Positions 1 to 8,289 of a stretch of DNA of 33,472 nucleotides are shown here, piece after piece. Below the pieces are notes generated by a model. The model was given only the letters and a program-made list of their open reading frames with translations, was not told the origin of the DNA and did no database searches. The stretch is from a virus (lineage: Duplodnaviria; Caudoviricetes). The DNA lies in the IMG/VR virus record IMGVR_UViG_3300038312_000303, positions 1-33,472 of that record; one strand, 5' to 3'. How positions within the stretch are numbered: position 1 is the first letter of the stretch; each line of letters begins with the position of its first letter. The position numbers and the translations under genes are program-made.

Positions 1-98
1 TATGACGCGGAGATCATCGCTGAAGGCAGCCAGGAGTCTTTGAAGGATCTCTTTGGCGCGCTCAGATGTGGGGTTGAGATCTATGACGATGAGGGCGT
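1..98 (+). repeat. Terminal overlap, copy 1 (circular assembly)
   Basis: 1-98 is identical to 33374-33471; the next base differs (G99 vs A33472). Confidence 0.95.
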
Positions 99-1470
99 GC
101 CACTTTGGTGGGGGTATATCAGCCGGGTGGAAGTGAGCGTCAACAAGGTGATCTCATTTCTCGATCTTGAGGAAATCGTCAATGAAGTCAAGGTGGGTTA
201 CACCATCCTTAACCAAGGGGGAGGCGCGACAGGACCCAGGGCATCAACGCCCTGGTATGTGGATATGGAGTCGGTTGAAAAGTACGGGTCCAGACAGCTG
301 CTGGAGACCGGCGGGTCCACGAACCTGACAGCAGCGTCCGCCCAAGCCCAGAGGATCCTGAATGAGCGCAAGACACCCCGACAAGGAATTATCAATACCG
401 GGGGCGCTGGAACAGCGCGGCTACTTTGTTATGGCTGGTGGCAGACGCTTGACCAAGTTTATGCCCCCGTAGAGACCAAACTGGCTCTGTCTTACAACAT
501 TGCACCGACTAAGAGCGTATCCCTGGTACCCGGCAATCCCAAGATCGCCCAGAGTTTTAAGACCTCCAGCGCGATGCATGTGTTAGAGCTGGGGGTATGC
601 GTGAAAAAAGTCGGTTCCCCTGGTGATCTAAAGCTGGAGATCTGTAGGAATGAGGATGACCTGGCTACCACTGACGTGAATGAGTTTCAGACGATACCGG
701 GAGAGGTTTTGGCAAGTGTGACGATCGCCCCAGGAATGGTTCCCACCAACACTCTGACATGGGTAAAAGGGCAACTCTCTGAACATTATGACATGCCGGC
801 AAAGGCCAATTATTTCCTGGTTATCTCATCCACTACGTATGACGCGAGTAATTACTACGAGGTGGCGATCGATGATCTGGCGCGGTATGGCGATGGTGTG
901 TGCCGGCTGTACAAGGAACCCGAAAATACTTGGATCGGTACAACCTGGGACATGCTGTTCCGGATCTATGTGGACGAGTTGACCGACACCGCCCAGCAGA
1001 TCCAAAATCACCTGGTGTCTTATGGCCAATTCTTTCGCAATATCTTCGTTGACGCGCCATCGGGGATCAGGACGGAAAGCTTTCGCAACGGGGACACCAC
1101 CGCTTTGACAGAAGTTGAAGGGTTGCTGGATTACGGGACCAGCAACTTCAGGCGGCTACTCGCGCGGGTGAATCTGGACAGGACTGTGGAAGTCTGGGAG
1201 GCTCCCGATGAACCGACCACCTCGCTGATTGAAATGCGGGATGACGGGGAGTTGTATTATCGGACTGGGGCAGCTGCGGGGAGATCCTTCAATCCGGTGG
1301 GGTTGTGGGCCAGCCTGGACCCGATCAATGACAATGTGAGCCAGTCTGGGGTTAGCACCGGGACGAATAACAGTTTTATTTTGTATGCCGAATGGGATGA
1401 AAAGGAGAAGATCCATATCGAGTCAGCGTCCCAAGTCAACTCGGTGGGAGTTTTGGACAGAAATGGCTAG
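1..1470 (+). CDS. Tail tip/baseplate-hub-like protein, 3' part (gene starts at 33269 and wraps the junction, ~524 aa)
   Basis: Frame 1 is open from base 1 and continuous with the ORF starting at 33269; lies after the distal tail gene; beta-rich. Confidence 0.7.
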   Translation, partial: YDAEIIAEGSQESLKDLFGALRCGVEIYDDEGVPLWWGYISRVEVSVNKVISFLDLEEIVNEVKVGYTILNQGGGATGPRASTPWYVDMESVEKYGSRQLLETGGSTNLTAASAQAQRILNERKTPRQGIINTGGAGTARLLCYGWWQTLDQVYAPVETKLALSYNIAPTKSVSLVPGNPKIAQSFKTSSAMHVLELGVCVKKVGSPGDLKLEICRNEDDLATTDVNEFQTIPGEVLASVTIAPGMVPTNTLTWVKGQLSEHYDMPAKANYFLVISSTTYDASNYYEVAIDDLARYGDGVCRLYKEPENTWIGTTWDMLFRIYVDELTDTAQQIQNHLVSYGQFFRNIFVDAPSGIRTESFRNGDTTALTEVEGLLDYGTSNFRRLLARVNLDRTVEVWEAPDEPTTSLIEMRDDGELYYRTGAAAGRSFNPVGLWASLDPINDNVSQSGVSTGTNNSFILYAEWDEKEKIHIESASQVNSVGVLDRNG

Positions 1471-3433
1471 CCCAAGACGGACCCATGAAGCCTGGAAGAA
1501 CAGGCCATATTATGCCCTGACCGCGGGAGATCTGGCGGAGGAAGTATTGGCCCCGGAACTGGCGTTGGTATGGGACTACATGGGCACCCGGGCATCGAAG
1601 GTCACTCAGATGATGGCAGGTGCTGGACTGACCGGTGGCGGATCCCTGGCGGAAGACAGGACATTTGAAGTTGGTGCTGGCGCTGGGATATTGGTTTCAG
1701 CTGACGCGGTAGCAGTGGATCAAGAGGCCGATTTTGACTGGCTGGGGACACATCGATTCCAGAGTGACTTGAGCACTAGCCACCTCATTCCGCGGGTGCC
1801 AGACACTTACGACATTGGCAGCCAGCAGCAGCCTTACCGGCGGGCTCACATTTCGGAGATCGCGGCAACAATTTTCACGAAAAATGAGCAGACGATCCAT
1901 GATGCGTGGTTCGTGGTCACGAAGGGATCGGGCAAGCTGAATGCGGCGATTGATGCTGTTGTAACAGACGTTGACCTGGAAGGCGGCGGATTTGCGGTAG
2001 GAGACCGGTTGATCTTCCGGCGAGTGGACGAAGCCACATTAAATCCAGTTTTTGAGGTGATGACCATCTCTGTGGTGCCCGCCAGCGGCAACGTGTATTC
2101 TGTAACAAGAGGCGCGGAGGGCTCTGGAGCAGACGCGTGGCCTGAAGGGCAGGTGTTTGCGAATTACGGGAAATCCGGTGATGGCCGGATCGAGATGAAT
2201 TCGATCGCTGGCGCGAAGCAATCGATCTTCCAGCATGGCGCAACCGCGGCTGGTGATGCTGAGGTGATGCGCCAGGGTTACCTGGAAGCTTGGGACGGTG
2301 CTGGACTGGCTGGCCTTTGGGGAATGGCTTTAGGCCGATGGAACGCTGGAAACGGACCATACATGCTTTATAACCAAACGGACGGCCTGATCGTGAAAGG
2401 TCAGATCAGAGCCGATACTGGATACCTTAAAGATTTGAGCATTACCGGTGTGTTATCGATAGCGAATACAGGTTTTTTACGTCAGGGCTCTGGAACTTGG
2501 GGGACAAACTTCACTGGTCTGGCAATCTACAGCTCAGGGGGTATCGGTGTTCTAGAAGGCTGGAAATCTGGTACCAAGCAAGCTTACTTTGGTAGTGATG
2601 GTATCTTGTACGCAGGCGCAGGTGCTGCGTCGCTTAAGGCGGATGGCATCAGCATCATTTCACCACCTATCGCGGATATGTCCGATGTAACGAGTGCCAA
2701 TAAGCTGAAATTCGTAACCACAACAAATGTGCTTACAGGAAGTCTTTATGGCGGTACGAAAAGCGGTGTCAACAATATGGTTCTTGAGACCGTTGGTACT
2801 GGCTCAACCTTAAAAATCAGTACGAGTAGCGGTCCGATCCTAGTAAGTGCTGGTACATCCCCAAATAACGTGGATGTTAGCCTAGATACCGGCTATCAAG
2901 CTGTACTTATAAATAAAAGACTCACGGTAGATGGCGATGCGATACTGCTTGGGATGCCAGGTCATTTATCATATGGTGCAAAAAGCCTGAATGCCTACGG
3001 GGATATTGTTTCACATTACGGCTCCATCAAAGCTTCTAGCCTTCAAAAGAGTAATAACGATGTGCTTGCCCATGTCCAATTAATTAATCCGATAACTGCT
3101 GCCTCATTCAACTGGACGGCTACATCTACTATCGCAAAAACGGCCGTGAATGTTACCACCCAGTTTCCAGGGGTGCCAAGTGGTGTCAAGTCAATTGACC
3201 TCATGATCGGTGTTAGAGACAGCGGATCTGCGACAGTGGATTGCTGGGTGATTGTCGCTCCTAACACTGGTAATTTTGTAGGGGATGCTGTCGATTGCCA
3301 TCCAGTGAATGACCGGATACACCGAGCCCAGCGCACAGTGAAAGTTGTGAATAATTTGATTTACATGCAACGAAATGCCAGCGGAACTGGAACGCTAGAC
3401 GTATTCATCCAATGTACGGGATACGAGATTTAG
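1463..3433 (+). CDS. Tail fibre / receptor-binding protein
   Basis: ATG 1463 overlaps the previous stop; AGAGLTGGGSL..DRT fibre motif; G/S/T-rich beta-type C-terminal half; last large tail gene. Confidence 0.7.
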   Translation: MASPRRTHEAWKNRPYYALTAGDLAEEVLAPELALVWDYMGTRASKVTQMMAGAGLTGGGSLAEDRTFEVGAGAGILVSADAVAVDQEADFDWLGTHRFQSDLSTSHLIPRVPDTYDIGSQQQPYRRAHISEIAATIFTKNEQTIHDAWFVVTKGSGKLNAAIDAVVTDVDLEGGGFAVGDRLIFRRVDEATLNPVFEVMTISVVPASGNVYSVTRGAEGSGADAWPEGQVFANYGKSGDGRIEMNSIAGAKQSIFQHGATAAGDAEVMRQGYLEAWDGAGLAGLWGMALGRWNAGNGPYMLYNQTDGLIVKGQIRADTGYLKDLSITGVLSIANTGFLRQGSGTWGTNFTGLAIYSSGGIGVLEGWKSGTKQAYFGSDGILYAGAGAASLKADGISIISPPIADMSDVTSANKLKFVTTTNVLTGSLYGGTKSGVNNMVLETVGTGSTLKISTSSGPILVSAGTSPNNVDVSLDTGYQAVLINKRLTVDGDAILLGMPGHLSYGAKSLNAYGDIVSHYGSIKASSLQKSNNDVLAHVQLINPITAASFNWTATSTIAKTAVNVTTQFPGVPSGVKSIDLMIGVRDSGSATVDCWVIVAPNTGNFVGDAVDCHPVNDRIHRAQRTVKVVNNLIYMQRNASGTGTLDVFIQCTGYEI

Positions 3434-3444
3434 AAAGGATTATC

Positions 3445-3729
3445 ATGCCGTTTCCAAAAACAATCACTTACACTGCAACCGGCTTTACAAAAACAGCAAT
3501 GAGCTTTGATCATGTTTACCATGATGACAAATGGTGGGTGACTTGGCATCAGGGATATCAGTTTGTAGACAATGAAAACATACCTCTTACAGGGATCCAG
3601 AACAAGTATGCTGTGGAAGGTGAGATCTCCGAAACAGATCTAAGGGCAAACCATCCTGAGATTTGGTCGGCCTTGTCAGCACTCTGGATCTTTATGGAAA
3701 ACCAGATCAAGGCACAGGAGGACTTATGA
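3445..3729 (+). CDS. Hypothetical tail-associated protein
   Basis: AAAGGA RBS before ATG 3445; coupled to the next gene. Confidence 0.6.
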   Translation: MPFPKTITYTATGFTKTAMSFDHVYHDDKWWVTWHQGYQFVDNENIPLTGIQNKYAVEGEISETDLRANHPEIWSALSALWIFMENQIKAQEDL

Positions 3730-4088
3730 AAGTCACGATTGCGCAATTGATTGAAGCTGATGAAGCCATACGAAACTTGTTAGAGTTGAAACTGCCATTT
3801 GCTTCGAGCGTTGCGATCGGGAAGGTGATCGATGAGATCCGAGATATAGTGAGTCAAGCCCAAGAGGCGCGAATAGCAGCGCTGGAATATTTGGGAAAAA
3901 AGCAGGAAGATGGAAATTTCTTTGTTCCCCCTGATAAACAAGAGGAACTGGGGAAGATCTTTACAGATATCTACGAAACCCCAATCGAGTTGACCTCCAA
4001 GTCAATAGATCCGGTTCCGGATGGGCTGCTAAGCGTGAAAGATGTGATCACACTGGCATGGCTGTGGAAGGAGCCAGAAGATGGCTGA
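3726..4088 (+). CDS. Hypothetical phage protein of the small helical type often found between fibre and lysin
   Basis: ATGA overlap with the upstream gene; GGAGGA RBS. Confidence 0.6.
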   Translation: MKVTIAQLIEADEAIRNLLELKLPFASSVAIGKVIDEIRDIVSQAQEARIAALEYLGKKQEDGNFFVPPDKQEELGKIFTDIYETPIELTSKSIDPVPDGLLSVKDVITLAWLWKEPEDG

Positions 4089-5535
4089 CTTGCCGTTAGG
4101 GATTGATGTCAGCTCCCACCAGGGAGTGATGGATTTTGGGGTCCTGGCGAAGCGGGAACCCAAGATCTCTTTCATGGCTGCCAGGTTTGGCTGGCATGAC
4201 GATTTTGTGGACCCTCGGTTTGAAAGAAACTGGGCCGGCATGAGAGATCTGGGCGTGGGACGGATCGCCTATTGGGGGCCGGATTTCCTGGGTGATTCCA
4301 TGGACCAGGCGAGTTACATTGTGAACGCGCTGCGGGCAAAAGGGTTCAATGCGGAACATGATCGCCTGGCGATCGATGCGGAGCTGAACCAGGGAGCCGG
4401 AAAAGCCCTGATCACCATGTTCCTGGATCTATTCTCCAGGGAGGTCCAAAGATTGACCGGGCAGTGGCCGATCCTTTATTCCAGGGCGAATTGGCTGGAT
4501 CTTTACACAGATCTGAGCCAAATACCAACAGAAGTGCCGCTTTGGTTGGCCCAATATCGCTGGCGGCTGCCAGCGCCATTGTTCACGCCTGAATACGATT
4601 CCACAAAGTTGACCCTGCCCAAGGGCCGGGGTGATTGGCTGATCCACCAGACCAGTGAGCGCGGGAATGGCAGATCCTTTGGCGCAGCATCCTATTTCAT
4701 CGATTTGGACCGGTGGTATGGAACTGAGGCAGATGTGCGCGCCTTCTTTGGATATGGGGAGGAAACCCTGCCAATTCTGGACGATGTGGACCTGGCTCTT
4801 TACAAGGCGAGAGTGATCACGAGCCCAGGTTACCGCTTGATCGTGCGCAGGACTGCTGGAGGCCCTGAGGTAAGGCGTCTGGCGTCTGGTGATGTGATCA
4901 GTGTTTACCAGGAAGCCGGGGGCTGGGCGCGAATCGGCGTGGGGGAATGGGTGAGCATACAGTGGATCCAAAGGATCTATGAGGTTAACTTGCCCTTTGT
5001 GGTTGGCCCAGTTGAGGAAAGTCTGCAGCTGGAGGTGTTTGGCCAGCGGGATCCCAGGTGGTCCTGGGTGCGCTTAGGCACTGGGATGGCTACCATCGGC
5101 CAGGAAGGCTGCTTGCTGTGCTGTGTGGCGATGGTGTCCAGGTATTTTGGGTTTCAGACGGACCCAGCGATATTGAACCAGGCTCTGATCAATGTGAATG
5201 GATTTGAGCAAGGCAATCTGTTCAAGTGGTGGTCTCTGGAGAAGATCTATCCGCTGAAGTTGAACACCTGGATCGAATGTGCAACTGTGCCAGCCCCGCT
5301 GCATGAGATCGATGCTGCGCTAGCCAGGAAGGAACCCGTTTTGGTTTGGGTGGACTTCAACCCGGCGACTGCCTGGAATGACATGCATTGGGTGGTGATT
5401 ACCGGCAAGCTGCCGGGTGGGGATTATCGGATCGCGGATCCGTGGACCGGCCGGCTGGAGAGCCTGAAGGCGCGGTACTCGGATCCGGCAAGGTTTATTT
5501 TCAGGATCGTAACTTACAAAAAGACAGGAGAATAA
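4081..5535 (+). CDS. Endolysin: GH25 muramidase + SH3-like binding domain + C39-like cysteine peptidase
   Basis: GIDVSSHQG, DAE and WLAQY GH25 motifs; SH3b-like VRR..GD.ISVYQEAGGWARIG..EWV; Q.DPRW...IGQEGC...HWVVITG...IADP peptidase motifs. Confidence 0.88.
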   Translation: MADLPLGIDVSSHQGVMDFGVLAKREPKISFMAARFGWHDDFVDPRFERNWAGMRDLGVGRIAYWGPDFLGDSMDQASYIVNALRAKGFNAEHDRLAIDAELNQGAGKALITMFLDLFSREVQRLTGQWPILYSRANWLDLYTDLSQIPTEVPLWLAQYRWRLPAPLFTPEYDSTKLTLPKGRGDWLIHQTSERGNGRSFGAASYFIDLDRWYGTEADVRAFFGYGEETLPILDDVDLALYKARVITSPGYRLIVRRTAGGPEVRRLASGDVISVYQEAGGWARIGVGEWVSIQWIQRIYEVNLPFVVGPVEESLQLEVFGQRDPRWSWVRLGTGMATIGQEGCLLCCVAMVSRYFGFQTDPAILNQALINVNGFEQGNLFKWWSLEKIYPLKLNTWIECATVPAPLHEIDAALARKEPVLVWVDFNPATAWNDMHWVVITGKLPGGDYRIADPWTGRLESLKARYSDPARFIFRIVTYKKTGE

Positions 5536-5536
5536 G

Positions 5537-5755
5537 ATGGCAAAGGCAAAAGGAAATTTCAAAGTCAAGGCAACCGCTCTGAACGGGTTTGAGAATGCTG
5601 GCCCGCAGTTCAAGTTGGTGGCAGGGTTTTCCCAGGGCAATGTAGTCCAGGTAGTGGAGGAAAAAGACGGCTGGGCGAAACTGGAAGGCGGCGCCTGGGT
5701 CCCGCTTGAACACCTGGAGAAGGTGGCAGAAGAGACGAAGACGCCGGCTGCCTAA
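5537..5755 (+). CDS. Small stand-alone SH3-like protein
   Basis: V.ATALN...GP...G.VVQVVEEKDGWAKL..G.WV pattern; AGGAG RBS. Confidence 0.75.
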   Translation: MAKAKGNFKVKATALNGFENAGPQFKLVAGFSQGNVVQVVEEKDGWAKLEGGAWVPLEHLEKVAEETKTPAA

Positions 5756-5787
5756 AATAATTATTGGCTTTGGCTCAAAGCTAAGCG

Positions 5788-6123
5788 TTATCGCAGATCG
5801 AGATTTTGGATCAGTTCTAATAGTGCCGCAATCACTGTCGATGGTGCAAACGCGGCCTTGTTCTGAAGGTAGAACTGATAGCCTTCGTGATCGCGCATGG
5901 ACTCTTCAGGCTCATCGCTGATCAACTCATCGAAGTGGCGTTCATCATCGTCATCGCTTAGAAGTTGAGCCAGATCTGCTTCTGAATACTCCCAATCCAT
6001 GATCAGATTTGTCGAGGGGTTTCGGCGCACTTGAATCTCGCTGCTGGGAGTGAGCGTGCCGTCACGCAGCTCTTCTAGCAATTCGATCATGATCTCTTTG
6101 ACCAGGGCAGGTTCAGTCTTCAC
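5788..6123 (-). CDS. Acidic hypothetical protein (111 aa)
   Basis: GTG start overlapping the RHH gene end; D/E-rich centre (DDDDERHFDELISDEPEES). Confidence 0.6.
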   Translation of the reverse strand: MKTEPALVKEIMIELLEELRDGTLTPSSEIQVRRNPSTNLIMDWEYSEADLAQLLSDDDDERHFDELISDEPEESMRDHEGYQFYLQNKAAFAPSTVIAALLELIQNLDLR

Positions 6124-6292
6124 GGTCCATCTCTTTCTTGATTAACTCACGAACCTTCTCCGACATACCAATAGGCTGGGATTTGAGCCAGTCAACCATT
6201 TCGGCGGTAAGGAACATCGCCGTCTTAATCATTGGTGCGTCATAAAGCGGTGGACGCCCAATAGGGGAAGGGGTGGAAGACTGTTTGTTCAT
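6113..6292 (-). CDS. Small ribbon-helix-helix (CopG/BrnA-like) DNA-binding protein, 59 aa; absent from the ORF track
   Basis: Hand-translated MNKQSSTPSPIGRPPLYDAPMIKTAMFLTAEMVDWLKSQPIGMSEKVRELIKKEMDRED; AGGAG RBS; GRP + beta-strand + two helices. Confidence 0.75.
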   Translation of the reverse strand: MNKQSSTPSPIGRPPLYDAPMIKTAMFLTAEMVDWLKSQPIGMSEKVRELIKKEMDRED

Positions 6293-6301
6293 TTTTGTCT
6301 C

Positions 6302-6934
6302 CTAAAATCTGACATAACTGTCAATGAAATCATCGTCCTCAATGCGGTCAAGACCTGGTCGATAGTCTTGTTTAGTCCAAACCTCTCGCAAGTATTCGCG
6401 GCGGGCTTTGATCGCGGCTTCACGCTTGGCGATCAGCTCTGCCTCAAGCTGAGGGGTGATGTGGGCGTTGAAGCGTTTGAGGGTTGAGTACTTTGAGTAT
6501 TTGAAAAGCTTGTTGCGCTCGAGTTGGGCGGCTTTGGCTGCTTTCCGCTCAATGGCTTCCTGTTTCTCAGATTCGCGCTGCTCTTTGGTCTTGAAGGTCT
6601 TGGCTTTGTGGTCCGCGATGATGCTGTCAAAATCAGCCTGGTCAGCAAGCTCAAACCGGCGGATGTTGAACGAGTAGAAGCGGGTCTGATTGAAGAGTGC
6701 ACCGGTGTGGTGGATGCTGGTGTTTTCCAGGAATTTGCGCACAACATAGACGGGAAGGCTGGTGGCTTTTTCAGCGAGGTCATCGCGGTCTTCATTGCGC
6801 AAGTGCTCCAGGATGGCTAACTTCGTCCACTTGCTCTTTGGCATCTCACCATTTGAATAAGCCAGGTTAGCGTTGATGCTCATGCTGTTGCCTTTGTACC
6901 CTCTGCCTTTGCCTTTGCCTTCGATGTATGCCAT
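6302..6934 (-). CDS. Hypothetical mobile-element protein (GY.G.SMS.NA..AY..GE.P.SKWTK...HHT...N.T.FY pattern)
   Basis: 210-aa ORF with AGGAG RBS directly after a consensus promoter. Confidence 0.75.
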   Translation of the reverse strand: MAYIEGKGKGRGYKGNSMSINANLAYSNGEMPKSKWTKLAILEHLRNEDRDDLAEKATSLPVYVVRKFLENTSIHHTGALFNQTRFYSFNIRRFELADQADFDSIIADHKAKTFKTKEQRESEKQEAIERKAAKAAQLERNKLFKYSKYSTLKRFNAHITPQLEAELIAKREAAIKARREYLREVWTKQDYRPGLDRIEDDDFIDSYVRF

Positions 6935-6956
6935 TCATATCTCCTGTCTACTTATA

Positions 6957-6985
6957 ATTATATGTAACTATTACTCTAATGTCAA
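6957..6985 (-). promoter_or_regulatory. Perfect-consensus sigma70/sigmaA promoter for the 6934-5788 operon
   Basis: Minus strand TTGACA (6985-6980), 17 nt, TATAAT (6962-6957). Confidence 0.85.
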
Positions 6986-6987
6986 GC

Positions 6988-7003
6988 AATTGGTCGACCA
7001 ATT
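6988..7003. promoter_or_regulatory. Perfect 16-bp palindrome next to the -35 (candidate operator)
   Basis: AATTGGTCGACCAATT. Confidence 0.5.
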
Positions 7004-7018
7004 TCAAAGGAATCCCAT

Positions 7019-7942
7019 TCATAAACCCCAGTTCATTACAGGGGATGCAATCCGGTGTGCATTGGCGATATCTGCCTGGGCGAGGGCGAGGTACCGCCTA
7101 ACCATGTCCAGGGTCGAATGGCCGAGGATTTGCTGGAGCGTGTAAATGTCACCGCCGTTGCGGAGGTAATTGATCGCAAAGGTGTGGCGGAAACGGTGGG
7201 GATGGACGTTCAGGACGCCGGCGCGGTCGCCTATGATATTTAATGAGCGCTGCACTGTTCCCCTTTGCTGCTTTAGGCCATCAATAGTTGAGAAAGCAGG
7301 TCCTTGGATGGATGTCGAAGGGTGTTCTGCAAAATGAGCCCATAATGCTTGCGCTGTACGGGGTGAGATCGGAATCTGCCGGCCTTTCCGACCTTTCCCA
7401 AACACTGTGATATAGCGATTTCGGAGATCTACATCTTTAACTTTTAGATCACAGAATTCTTGCACTCTAATTCCTGTATCTAGTAAAAGTAAGATAGTTG
7501 TCTTCATTCTCGAACCGTTTGAGGTCTTCTTCTTATAGGTCCGTTTTCCTGGGGTAATGCATATTCTTGAATGATCACAGGAGCCTAACAAGAGCCTTAT
7601 ATCCTGCTCAGTAAAGGGGACCACCGCGACTGTGTCTGGTTTCGGAGGTCTCACTTTTTGTGGGACTTGGGTTTCGGCAAACCCACGCTCACTAGCCCAA
7701 GTCCAGAGGGCAGACAGGCCGACATGGTAATTTAGGATCGTCTTCTTTTTAAGCTGTTTCCAGGATCCAAGAAAGCCTTCGATAATAGCCGGGGTAATAT
7801 CGTTTATCTGTACATCAACTCCAAGGTAGCTCACGAATTTATTAAACGTATTTGTGTAGTCTCTAATCGTGGCCGGTGAAAGTCTAGCATCTGCATAGAT
7901 TAGGTAACCTTCAATTGCTTTTGAAATAGGCATATTTTCCAT
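7019..7942 (-). CDS. int: Tyrosine integrase
   Basis: DTGIR, GKG, HRFRH and LGH...RY catalytic motifs; SAM-like N-terminal domain; GGAGG RBS before ATG 7942; next to tRNA-derived attP. Confidence 0.92.
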   Translation of the reverse strand: MENMPISKAIEGYLIYADARLSPATIRDYTNTFNKFVSYLGVDVQINDITPAIIEGFLGSWKQLKKKTILNYHVGLSALWTWASERGFAETQVPQKVRPPKPDTVAVVPFTEQDIRLLLGSCDHSRICITPGKRTYKKKTSNGSRMKTTILLLLDTGIRVQEFCDLKVKDVDLRNRYITVFGKGRKGRQIPISPRTAQALWAHFAEHPSTSIQGPAFSTIDGLKQQRGTVQRSLNIIGDRAGVLNVHPHRFRHTFAINYLRNGGDIYTLQQILGHSTLDMVRRYLALAQADIANAHRIASPVMNWGL

Positions 7943-7984
7943 CCTTGCTGCCTCCAAAACAGCGTTACTTATTGGGATAATGCT

Positions 7985-8038
7985 GTCTGGTCTTGGAATA
8001 TAAAAAAAGGCCAGACTTTTTTTTATCTGGTCCTTTTT
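7985..8038. terminator. Overlapping bidirectional intrinsic terminator(s) upstream of int
   Basis: Plus strand: GTCTGGTCTT/AAGGCCAGAC then T8; minus strand: AAAAAGGACCAGA...TCTGGCC then T7. Confidence 0.6.
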
Positions 8039-8049
8039 CTGTACTTTAT

Positions 8050-8242
8050 CCGTGATGCCTTTAGCAGGCTAACCGTGATGCTTGTATTTCGATTTCCCTC
8101 GTTGAGAGGGGCTTTGTGGGCGCTAGAGGGCTCGAACCTCCGAACCTCACGGATGTGAACCAAAACACAGAATTTGGCTACTTGCAACCACACGGTTCCT
8201 ATTATTGACTAACCTTGAACACAATAGCTTTAGGGAACCGTG
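8050..8242. repeat. Candidate integrase arm-type sites flanking the att core
   Basis: CCGTGATGC at 8050 and 8073; AACCGTG inverted at 8191 and direct at 8236; CTAACCTTGA at 8209 vs CTAACCGTGA at 8069. Confidence 0.5.
8116..8161 (-). other. attP: attP core: 3' half of tRNA-Val(CAC)
   Basis: Minus strand GG-TTCACAT-CCGTG-AGGTTC-GGAGG-TTCGAGC-CCTCT-AGCGCCC-A-C = anticodon loop (CAC), T-arm and 3' acceptor strand; 5' half absent; followed by a CCCTC/GAGGG hairpin. Confidence 0.88.
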
Positions 8243-8289
8243 CAGACAGGAGTAATGACCAAATAGATATTAATTATTTAAGGTGCGGT

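Noticed and set aside
40-42. TTG start for the first ORF
   Set aside because: The frame is open upstream through the circular junction to ATG 33269
1-98. Biological direct terminal repeat
   Set aside because: It falls inside a tail gene, has k-mer-like length, and the packaging genes indicate cos ends near 20.8-20.9 kb
1-3433. Diversity-generating retroelement or invertible tail-fibre shufflon
   Set aside because: No reverse transcriptase, no template/variable repeat pair, and no inverted crossover sites or alternative fibre cassettes seen
5764-5784. Terminator between the convergent lysis and accessory operons
   Set aside because: Weak AT-rich stem with a wobble pair and no clear U-tract; not enough support
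8116-8161. Functional phage tRNA gene
   Set aside because: Only the anticodon loop to the acceptor 3' strand is present; there is no D-arm or 5' acceptor strand, so it is an att core
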